Origin: Gemella haemolysans
Lineage (GTDB): Bacteria; Bacillota; Bacilli; Staphylococcales; Gemellaceae
DNA length: 64,000 nucleotides
NCBI RefSeq assembly: GCF_032567735.1
Contig: NZ_JAWHCX010000011.1
Direction: 5' to 3' (one strand)
Made by a program: the position numbers and the translations under genes. Positions 26,328 to 34,147 of this stretch are shown piece after piece; within the stretch, counting starts at the first letter, position 1, and each line of letters opens with the position of its first letter. The notes under the pieces were generated by a model. The model had not been told where the DNA came from and ran no database searches. It saw only the letters and a program-made list of their open reading frames with translations.

Positions 26328-26356
26328 ATTATACACATTATTTTTTAGGAATACAA
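26328..26356 (-). promoter_or_regulatory. Candidate promoter of the trpB leader
   Basis: Minus strand reads TTGTAT, a 17-nt spacer, then TATAAT. Confidence 0.5.
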
Positions 26357-26380
26357 GCTTTTTTTTGAATAAATTTTTAA

Positions 26381-26395
26381 ATTTTTCTGACAATT
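26381..26395. promoter_or_regulatory. Weak CodY-box-like site upstream of the trpB leader promoter
   Basis: ATTTTTCTGACAATT compared with AATTTTCWGAAAATT (2 mismatches). Confidence 0.35.
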
Positions 26396-26540
26396 AAATA
26401 AATAACTCTTTCTTGTTAAGGTTTTCTAGAGTTGTTTATTATGAAATTTTTTAATTAAAACCAGTATAGTGGTTCTTTCTACCTAAACTATTGTAAAAGT
26501 GATATAATAGAAAAGTGAAAAATTGGTATGGAGGTGCAAC

Positions 26541-27359
26541 TTGAAATTATCGGTATTAGCCAGCAGTAGTAGTGGAAATAGTATCTATATAGAGCATAAT
26601 AATTTTAGATGTTTAGTAGATGCAGGATTGACTGGAAAAAAAGTAGTAGAGAACTTGGCACAAATAGAGCGTGATATTAAGGACATAAATGCGATTTTTG
26701 TAACACATGAACATATTGACCATATTAAAGGAGTGGGTGTTCTAGCAAGGAAGTATAACATTCCAGTTTATGCTAATAAACTTACTTGGCAAAATATGAC
26801 TAAATGTGGTGAAATCAGCACGGATCTTAAATTTCATTTTGAAAAAGAAGAAAGTAAGATTTTTGATGATGTAGTAGTTAATAGTTTTGGAGTTAGTCAT
26901 GATGCGATTAATCCACAGTTTTACACTTTTGAGTGTGATGGAAAAAGGGTGAGTATTCTTACGGATACGGGTTATGTTTCTGATAAGATGATAGATTATG
27001 TGAAAGACTCTCATACTATTGTCTATGAGAGTAATCATGAGGAGAATGTTTTGCTGAGTGGACCTTATCCATGGACGACTAAACAACGTATATTATCAGA
27101 CATGGGTCACTTATCGAATACAGATTCTGCTAATTATTTAACGAAAATAGTAGGAGATAATACAAAAAATGTCTTTTTAGCCCACTTAAGTGAGCAAAAC
27201 AATACGAAAGAACTCGCTCGCATGGCTGCGGATATGACGCTTAAAAATAAAGATATAGACTGTATATTAGAAACAGATAAAAAAACTATCGATTGTAATG
27301 ATAAAATAGTTATTATGGATACTGATCCAGTGGTTCCAACTAAGATAATAGAAATATAA
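26541..27359 (+). CDS. walJ: MBL-fold metallo-hydrolase WalJ (YycJ/VicX-like)
   Basis: LKLSVLASSSSGNSIYIE....LVDAGL.GK........I....I.AIFVTHEHIDHIKGVGVLARKY.IPVYAN parallels B. subtilis YycJ. I prefer TTG 26541 (6 nt after GGAGG) to the upstream TTG at 26523. Confidence 0.75.
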   Translation: MKLSVLASSSSGNSIYIEHNNFRCLVDAGLTGKKVVENLAQIERDIKDINAIFVTHEHIDHIKGVGVLARKYNIPVYANKLTWQNMTKCGEISTDLKFHFEKEESKIFDDVVVNSFGVSHDAINPQFYTFECDGKRVSILTDTGYVSDKMIDYVKDSHTIVYESNHEENVLLSGPYPWTTKQRILSDMGHLSNTDSANYLTKIVGDNTKNVFLAHLSEQNNTKELARMAADMTLKNKDIDCILETDKKTIDCNDKIVIMDTDPVVPTKIIEI

Positions 27360-27373
27360 AAAATAATAATAAG

Positions 27374-27429
27374 AACAACTCGATAAAATCAGATTTTAAA
27401 GAAATTATGATTTTTGAGTTGTTTTTTTT
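27374..27429 (+). terminator. Rho-independent terminator of walJ
   Basis: AACAACTCGATAAAATCA ... TGATTTTTGAGTTGTT long imperfect stem, followed by a T-run. Confidence 0.7.
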
Positions 27430-27476
27430 GTTATCTAATGTGGAGAATTTCAGTAGAGGAATAAAGTATTTGATTA

Positions 27477-27491
27477 AATATTCAGAAAATT
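27477..27491. promoter_or_regulatory. CodY box upstream of oppD
   Basis: AATATTCAGAAAATT compared with the consensus AATTTTCWGAAAATT (1 mismatch). Confidence 0.5.
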
Positions 27492-27699
27492 CTAGTTTTT
27501 CATCTATAAATTTTTTCTTTTTTATTGCTTTTTTTCTAAAAATTTTATAATATAGTATTATGCTGTTTTTATTTAAGGTTATGATTTATATAATAATCAG
27601 ATTAAAAATAAAACAATATTAATTGAAAATGTAAAAAGAAATAAAGTTTAATTTATATTAATTATTGATGCAAGTTATTTTTTGGAAGGAGATAGGTAA

Positions 27700-28704
27700 A
27701 TGGAGAAACTATTAGAGATTAAAAATCTAGAAACAGCTTTTAGAATTAAAGATGATTACTTTAACGCTGTTGATAAAGTTAGTTTAGACCTATATAAAAA
27801 CGAAGTATTAGCTATCGTTGGAGAGAGTGGTTGTGGTAAGTCGACATTAGCGACTACTATTATGCGTCTTCATAATGAAAATCTTACTAAGTCTACTGGA
27901 GAAATTATTTTCAATGGAAAAAACATACTAGACTTAACAGAAGATGAAATGAATAAAATTAGAACAAAAGATATTGGAATGATTTTCCAAGATCCTCTTT
28001 CTTCATTGAATCCATTACACAGAATTGGAAAACAAATAGAAGAAGCCTTAATTTACCACACAGAATTAAGTGCAGAAGAGAGACAAAAGAGAGTTATCGA
28101 GTTATTAACTCAGGTTGGTATTCCAAATCCTGAGCGTTGTGCAAAACAATATCCACATGAACTATCAGGTGGTATGCGTCAACGTGTTATGATAGCTATG
28201 GCAATGAGCTGTAAACCAAGTGTTCTTATCGCAGATGAACCTACAACAGCTCTAGATGTTACAATTCAAGCGCAAATATTAGACCTTATTAAAGGACTTC
28301 AAGAAGAAATGCATGCAGGAATTATCCTAATTACGCACGACCTTGGGGTAGTTGCTGAGATGGCTGATAGAGTGGCTGTATTATATGCCGGTGAAGTAGT
28401 AGAAATCGGAACTGCGGAGCAAATCTTTAAAAATCCTAAGCATCCGTACACTCGTAGTTTATTACGTAGTATTCCTCAACTTGATGATGAAGATGCTAGT
28501 GATGATCTTTACGTTATTCAAGGGATGGTTCCATCTTTAAAAACTTTAGATAGACAAGGATGTCGTTTTGCTGATCGTATTCCTTGGGTTAAAGAAGAGG
28601 ATCACGAACACAATCCGACTCTACATGAAGTAGAAGAAGGACATCATGTACGTTGTACATGTTACAGAAACTTTGAATTTGAAGGGGAGGAGAACAATGC
28701 TTAA
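27700..28704 (+). CDS. oppD: Oligopeptide ABC transporter ATP-binding protein OppD
   Basis: 334 aa. Walker A GESGCGKST, signature LSGGMRQR and the C-terminal oligopeptide-type extension with Cys residues (C..C.C). Confidence 0.9.
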   Translation: MEKLLEIKNLETAFRIKDDYFNAVDKVSLDLYKNEVLAIVGESGCGKSTLATTIMRLHNENLTKSTGEIIFNGKNILDLTEDEMNKIRTKDIGMIFQDPLSSLNPLHRIGKQIEEALIYHTELSAEERQKRVIELLTQVGIPNPERCAKQYPHELSGGMRQRVMIAMAMSCKPSVLIADEPTTALDVTIQAQILDLIKGLQEEMHAGIILITHDLGVVAEMADRVAVLYAGEVVEIGTAEQIFKNPKHPYTRSLLRSIPQLDDEDASDDLYVIQGMVPSLKTLDRQGCRFADRIPWVKEEDHEHNPTLHEVEEGHHVRCTCYRNFEFEGEENNA

Positions 28705-29629
28705 AGTAGAAAATCTAAAAGTGCATTATCCTATTCGTGGCGGATTTTTCAATACAATTAAAGATCATGTCTACGCAGTAGATGGGGTTGATATTGAAAT
28801 CGAAGCTGGGAAAACTTATGGGCTAATCGGAGAAAGTGGTAGTGGAAAAACTACTGTTGGTAAAGTAGTCCTAGGTTTAGAAAAAGCAACTGATGGACAA
28901 ATTATTTACAAAGATGAAGATATTACTAAAAAAGCAGCTCGTAAAAAACTAAAATATAATCGTGATGTTCAGATGATTTTCCAAGATGCAATGTCTAGTT
29001 TAAATCCTAAGAAACGTATTATAGATATTATTGCGGAGCCTATTAGTAATTTTGAAAACTTATCTGAAGAAGATACTAAAAAACGTGTTTTAGAGCTTTT
29101 AAATATCGTTGGTATGGGTGAAGAAGCTATGTACAAATATCCATTTGAATTTTCAGGTGGACAACGTCAACGTATTGGAGTTGCGCGTGCTATTGCATGT
29201 AATCCTCGTTTAATCGTAGCCGATGAGCCAGTATCTGCCCTTGACCTTTCAGTTCAAGCTCAGGTATTAAACTTCATGAAAAAAATCCAAAGAGATTTTA
29301 ATATAAGTTATTTATTTATCTCTCATGACCTTGGAGTTGTTAAACACATGTGTGATTACATCTATATCATGTATCGTGGTCGTATCGTAGAACGTGGAAC
29401 TCGTGAAGATATTTACAATAATCCACAACATATTTATACAAAACGTCTTATTGCGGCTATTCCAAGTACTAACTTAGATAAAGCTAAAGAAGTAAAAGAA
29501 ATTAGACAAGCTGTTGAAGAAGAGTATCAAAAACATTACAATGATTATTTCGACAAAGATGGAAGAGTATATCCACTTAAAAAATTAACAGATACACACT
29601 ATGTAGCTATGAAAGGAGGAGAAGTATAA
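28697..29629 (+). CDS. oppF: Oligopeptide ABC transporter ATP-binding protein OppF
   Basis: Walker A GESGSGKTT and signature FSGGQRQR. ATG 28697 follows GGAGG and gives an 8-nt overlap with oppD. Confidence 0.9.
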   Translation: MLKVENLKVHYPIRGGFFNTIKDHVYAVDGVDIEIEAGKTYGLIGESGSGKTTVGKVVLGLEKATDGQIIYKDEDITKKAARKKLKYNRDVQMIFQDAMSSLNPKKRIIDIIAEPISNFENLSEEDTKKRVLELLNIVGMGEEAMYKYPFEFSGGQRQRIGVARAIACNPRLIVADEPVSALDLSVQAQVLNFMKKIQRDFNISYLFISHDLGVVKHMCDYIYIMYRGRIVERGTREDIYNNPQHIYTKRLIAAIPSTNLDKAKEVKEIRQAVEEEYQKHYNDYFDKDGRVYPLKKLTDTHYVAMKGGEV

Positions 29630-30594
29630 TGTGGAAAGTAGTTTTAAAACGTTTTTTAGTAATGATACCACAACTATTCATCCTTAGTATACTAGTGTTT
29701 GGTCTAGCTAAACTTATGCCTGGGGATCCATTTAGTGGTTTAGCAGAAAATCCAAAAATATCTCAAGAACAAATTGAGGCGATTCGTCAAGCGAGTGGGT
29801 TCTATGAACCTTGGTATCAACAGTACCTATATTGGTTGAATAACTTTATCCATGGAGACTTTGGATTAAGTTATACTACTGGTAAATCAGTTGGAACACT
29901 TTTAGGAGAAAGAATTTTCAATACATTCAACCTGTCATTATTTACAGCGGTAATTATGTATGCAATTGCTATTCCTATGGGGATGTATGCGGGGCGTTAT
30001 AATGGTTCTAAATTCGATAAATTCGTTAACTTCTATAACTTCTTCTTCCTAGCGATTCCATCATTCGTATTATACTTATTCATGATTGCATTATTTGGTT
30101 TCGGTTTAGGATGGTTCCCAACAAGTGGATCAGTAGATGTTAACCTTGATCCAGGGACATTCTCATATTATATTAATAAACTGCAACACTTAGTTTTACC
30201 AGGTATCTGTTTAGCGTTATTATCAACAGTATCAACTGTTCAATATCTGCGTAATGAAGTTATCGATGCGAAACAAAGTGATTATGTTAAAACAGCACGT
30301 TCTAAAGGTGTGCCAGTTAAAAAAGTTTATTCGGGACACATTTTTAGAAACTCTATCTTACCAATCGCAGCATTCTTCGGATTCTCTATTACTGGATTAT
30401 TCAGTGGTGGTATCTTCGTAGAAACAATCTTTGGTTACCCTGGAATGGGACAATTATTCTACCAAAGTATTCAAGATAGAGACTACAGTGTTGTTACAAC
30501 ACTAATGTTATTCTCAGGATTCTTAACATTGCTTGGTAGTACTTTAAGTGATATTATCATGGCGATTGTAGACCCACGAATTAAACTAGACTAG
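29629..30594 (+). CDS. oppB: Oligopeptide ABC transporter permease OppB
   Basis: 321 aa, 6 TMs, BPD-transporter EAA-like loop (DYVKTARSKGV). Confidence 0.9.
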   Translation: MWKVVLKRFLVMIPQLFILSILVFGLAKLMPGDPFSGLAENPKISQEQIEAIRQASGFYEPWYQQYLYWLNNFIHGDFGLSYTTGKSVGTLLGERIFNTFNLSLFTAVIMYAIAIPMGMYAGRYNGSKFDKFVNFYNFFFLAIPSFVLYLFMIALFGFGLGWFPTSGSVDVNLDPGTFSYYINKLQHLVLPGICLALLSTVSTVQYLRNEVIDAKQSDYVKTARSKGVPVKKVYSGHIFRNSILPIAAFFGFSITGLFSGGIFVETIFGYPGMGQLFYQSIQDRDYSVVTTLMLFSGFLTLLGSTLSDIIMAIVDPRIKLD

Positions 30595-30608
30595 GAGGAA
30601 GTTGAACA

Positions 30609-31514
30609 ATGACAAAAGCAAAAGAAGAAAAAGTTATAACTAAAACTCCTTCTGGGTTTTCAGTTGTGGCTCGTGAATTTAAAAAGGATAAAGGTGCGTT
30701 TGCAGCTTTAATCACATTAAGTGCAATTTTAATTTTTGTAGTACTTTTCAATATTTACATTCGTGTGAGTGGAGTGTATAGTACTTACTTTGATGTAGAT
30801 TTATTAAATATATTCTTAAAACCTGGTGAGGATGGATTCTTATTAGGTACTGACGTAGGTGGTCACTCAGTTTTTGGATGGCTAATGATGGGGATGCTTA
30901 ACTCAATTCTTATCGCAGTTGCAGTAACAGCTTTAACAATTGGGTTTGGTACTGCAGTAGGTTTAGTTATTGCATACTACGGTGGACGTGTTGACAACAT
31001 TGTGATGCGTTTTGTAGACTTTATGGTAATTATCCCAACACTTATGGTAATCATCGTATTCGTAAGTATTAAACGTGATTACGGGCTTGTACTATTCATT
31101 CTGATTTTATCAGCATTTGCATGGATGGGATCAACTCGTCTAGTACGTAGTAAAGCATTATCAGAATCACGTCGTGATTATGTCCTTGCTTCAAAAACTA
31201 TGGGAACACCTGATTGGAAAATCATGTTGCAAGGAATCTTACCAAACATCAGTTCTATCATTATCGTAGAAGCTACATTATCGTTAGCTGCTAATATGGG
31301 GATTGAGGTAGGTTTAACATACCTTGGATTCGGTCTTCCAGCGGGAACTCCAAGTATTGGAACTATGTTATCTTATGCAAAAGATGCAGACGTTCTTATT
31401 AACAAAATGTACATTTGGCTACCAGCAGCCCTTGCAATCTTAGTTATCGTACTATGTATCAACTCTATCGGTGGTGCATTAAGACGTAGTCTAGATGCTA
31501 GACAAAGATTATAA
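30609..31514 (+). CDS. oppC: Oligopeptide ABC transporter permease OppC
   Basis: 301 aa, OppC-type N-terminus and an EAA loop (DYVLASKTMGT). Confidence 0.9.
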   Translation: MTKAKEEKVITKTPSGFSVVAREFKKDKGAFAALITLSAILIFVVLFNIYIRVSGVYSTYFDVDLLNIFLKPGEDGFLLGTDVGGHSVFGWLMMGMLNSILIAVAVTALTIGFGTAVGLVIAYYGGRVDNIVMRFVDFMVIIPTLMVIIVFVSIKRDYGLVLFILILSAFAWMGSTRLVRSKALSESRRDYVLASKTMGTPDWKIMLQGILPNISSIIIVEATLSLAANMGIEVGLTYLGFGLPAGTPSIGTMLSYAKDADVLINKMYIWLPAALAILVIVLCINSIGGALRRSLDARQRL

Positions 31515-31518
31515 TTTA

Positions 31519-31556
31519 GAAAGTCATGTAGAAAGATTTCTACATGACTTTTTTGT
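31519..31556 (+). terminator. Rho-independent terminator of oppDFBC
   Basis: AAGTCATGTAGAAA / TTTCTACATGACTT perfect stem, followed by TTTTG. Confidence 0.8.
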
Positions 31557-31821
31557 ATAAAATTTCTAAAAGGATTGTGCAGAGATTAGAAATTAGAAAG
31601 AATTTGAAACTTGATTGAGACAGATTAAAATGTATAAAAAGTATCTATAATTACATATAATTCATTGCTCTTTAAGTAGTTTAAAATAAGAATTAAGTCG
31701 TTCATAAATTTTATAGATAAAACAGATTTAGTTTTAAGATTGATACAGAAAATTAAGATTGTTTATACAAATTGAAAGTTAATATCAACCAATATAACTG
31801 ACAAATAAAAAAATAAAGTAA

Positions 31822-31836
31822 AATTTTCTGACAATT
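31822..31836. promoter_or_regulatory. CodY box abutting the oppA1 promoter
   Basis: AATTTTCTGACAATT (1 mismatch to the consensus), 2 nt upstream of the -35. Confidence 0.5.
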
Positions 31837-31838
31837 AC

Positions 31839-31867
31839 TTGACTAGAGTAAATTTCTTTGATATAAT
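31839..31867 (+). promoter_or_regulatory. Candidate sigma-A promoter of oppA1
   Basis: TTGACT, a 17-nt spacer, then TATAAT. Confidence 0.6.
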
Positions 31868-31923
31868 TGCTAAATACAATATTAAAGAAAGGCTGTATAC
31901 AATACAGCATGGAGGATAAGATA

Positions 31924-33726
31924 ATGGAAAAGAAAAAAATGTTAAAGGTAGTTAGTTCAGCTATGGCTCTCACAATGTTACTTGCAGGATGTTCAAGCGC
32001 AAGTAACAATTCTAAGGGAACAAAGGCAGCTGTAGAGTTTAAGACAGCCGTGGACAATGGTGGAAATGCGCTTAGTGGTCAACAACTTAAAGTTGGTATT
32101 ACTTCAGCAGATCCATTAACAGGGATGTTTAACCCAGTATTTTATTTACAATCTACAGATAATGATGTAATGAAATACACAATGGCAGGAGCTTTCCCAC
32201 TTGACGATGCAAACCGTCTAAAACAAGATGACAAAGATGCACCAGTTATGTTCCACGTTGATCGCGATAAAAAAGAAGTTACATTAACTATTCATAAAGA
32301 TCTTAAATGGAGTAACGGAGAAGACGTAAAAGCGGATGATATCGTTGCGACTTATGAACTTATGGGTAATCCTAAGTACACTGAAAACGTTCGTTACAGT
32401 GATGAGTACGAAGTAATCGAAGGTATGAAGGACTATCACGAAGGGAAAGCAAAAAATATCTCTGGAGTAGTTAAAAAAGATGATAAAACTGTAGTACTTA
32501 AGTATACAGAAATTAAACCAGCATTATTATGGGGTAATGGATTCATCGGAGAATTCTTAAACAAAGCTCAAGTAGAAGCCGCATCAAAAGACTTCACTAA
32601 ATTTGTGGAAGCAGACTTAAACAAAAAACCATTATCTTATGGACCATATTACTTAGATAAAGTAGTAAACGGGGAAAGTGTATTAGCGAAAGCTAACCCT
32701 TACTTCTACAAAAAATCTGATGTTAAAATTCCAGAAATCCAATTTAAAGTAGTATCACCAGCTCAAGCGAGTGCTGTTCTTAAAAACGGTGATGTAGACT
32801 TAATGGACAGTTTAACTACAGGTATCTGGGATGGTACTAAAGACGCTAAAAATGGAACAATCTTAGGAGAATCTGACTATTATGTATCATATGTAGGATT
32901 TAAATTAGGTAAATTCAATAAAGAAAAAGGTGAAGTAGAAGTAGATCCAAACGCAAAAGCTGCGGATAAACGTGTACGTCAAGCATTCGGTTATGCAGTA
33001 GACTGGGATCAAATCAATGAAAAAGTTTATAAAGGATTACGTTTCACACCAACAGGATCTGGATTCTATCCGCCAATCGTTAAAATGTTCCACAACAAAG
33101 ACGGTGAAAAATATACTAAGAACGTAGAAAAAGCGAAAAAACTTCTTGATGAAGCAGGACTTAAAGATACAGATGGAGACGGATTAAGAGAAGATAAAAA
33201 TGGTAAGAAATTATCATTCAACTTCGCTATCCGTAACACAGGTCAAGACTTCGACCAAACATTAGCGGATACATTCGTTAAATCTTGGAAAGAAGTAGGG
33301 TTAGATGTTAAATTAGTAGATGGAAAACTTATGGCGCCTAAAGATTGGTCACAACGTACTCAAGCAGATGATCCAGGAATCGACATCTTCCAAGGAGCTT
33401 GGGGATTAGGAAGTGATCCTAACGTAGCTTCATTAGTTGGAAAAACATCTCCACTTAACTTACAACGTTACACAACAGAAGAATTAGAAAAATCATTAAC
33501 TGCAATGGGAAGCAGTGACATGTTTGATGATGCTAAACTTAAAGATGCATATCAAAAATTCGACAAACAATTCAGAGAAGAAGCTGCATGGTTACCATTC
33601 AGCTGGCAACAATCAATGACATGGGTTAACAAACGTGTTAAATCATTCGACTTGGCGAAACTAAAAACTGGTGAACAAAAAGTTTACGGTTTAGAGTTAA
33701 CTGCTGATGCACCAGCAAAAAATTAA
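31924..33726 (+). CDS. oppA: Oligopeptide-binding lipoprotein OppA (paralogue 1)
   Basis: Family-5 solute-binding protein with a signal peptide and lipobox LLAGCSS. ATG 31924 lies 7 nt after GGAGG and is preferred to the upstream TTG at 31867. Confidence 0.85.
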   Translation: MEKKKMLKVVSSAMALTMLLAGCSSASNNSKGTKAAVEFKTAVDNGGNALSGQQLKVGITSADPLTGMFNPVFYLQSTDNDVMKYTMAGAFPLDDANRLKQDDKDAPVMFHVDRDKKEVTLTIHKDLKWSNGEDVKADDIVATYELMGNPKYTENVRYSDEYEVIEGMKDYHEGKAKNISGVVKKDDKTVVLKYTEIKPALLWGNGFIGEFLNKAQVEAASKDFTKFVEADLNKKPLSYGPYYLDKVVNGESVLAKANPYFYKKSDVKIPEIQFKVVSPAQASAVLKNGDVDLMDSLTTGIWDGTKDAKNGTILGESDYYVSYVGFKLGKFNKEKGEVEVDPNAKAADKRVRQAFGYAVDWDQINEKVYKGLRFTPTGSGFYPPIVKMFHNKDGEKYTKNVEKAKKLLDEAGLKDTDGDGLREDKNGKKLSFNFAIRNTGQDFDQTLADTFVKSWKEVGLDVKLVDGKLMAPKDWSQRTQADDPGIDIFQGAWGLGSDPNVASLVGKTSPLNLQRYTTEELEKSLTAMGSSDMFDDAKLKDAYQKFDKQFREEAAWLPFSWQQSMTWVNKRVKSFDLAKLKTGEQKVYGLELTADAPAKN

Positions 33727-33900
33727 TTTAGCTTAGGATTGAGATTTAGCTAAGGACACTTAGTTGAATTTCCCCCTAATAAACTTATATTTCATTTTAT
33801 TTTCAATTAATTTTTAGGGGGTGCGTGGCACCCCCACATTGAAAATAGATATTAAAAATAATAAGAAATGTTATAATAAAGTTAGAGACAATTATAAAGT

Positions 33901-33942
33901 AGAGTGTAATTCTATATATGATAGATTTACACTCTTTTTTTA
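33901..33942 (+). terminator. Rho-independent terminator after oppA1
   Basis: AGAGTGTAA...TTACACTCT with an inner TCTAT/ATAGA stem, followed by TTTTTTTAT. Confidence 0.7.
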
Positions 33943-34049
33943 TTTAGACTTTAGGGTACGAACCAATCTAAAGTGAATGTATAATCAAATGGAATAAAAA
34001 AATTTAACAAGAAGTGAAATTTAAGAAGAGAATTTTGTTATTTTTATAT

Positions 34050-34064
34050 TATTTTCTGAAAATT
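34050..34064. promoter_or_regulatory. CodY box abutting the oppA2 promoter
   Basis: TATTTTCTGAAAATT (1 mismatch), 3 nt upstream of the -35. Confidence 0.5.
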
Positions 34065-34067
34065 CTA

Positions 34068-34096
34068 TTGACTTATCGTTAAAATGATGTTAGAAT
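34068..34096 (+). promoter_or_regulatory. Candidate sigma-A promoter of oppA2
   Basis: TTGACT, a 17-nt spacer, then TAGAAT. Confidence 0.55.
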
Positions 34097-34147
34097 TATT
34101 TCATAAATAATTGAAAATAAGTTTTTATATATTATGGAGGAAATAAA

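Noticed and set aside
10375-26540. I considered whether the 16 kb between walI and walJ is a genomic island or integrated mobile element.
   Set aside because: There is no integrase, transposase, tRNA or flanking att-like repeats. The content is housekeeping (glmS, hemH, dps, trpB) and composition does not visibly differ. I kept only the synteny observation.
31785-32057. A 90-aa minus-strand ORF overlapping the oppA1 promoter and signal-peptide region.
   Set aside because: It overlaps a well-supported promoter, CodY box and the oppA1 start. It has no RBS and an implausible composition.
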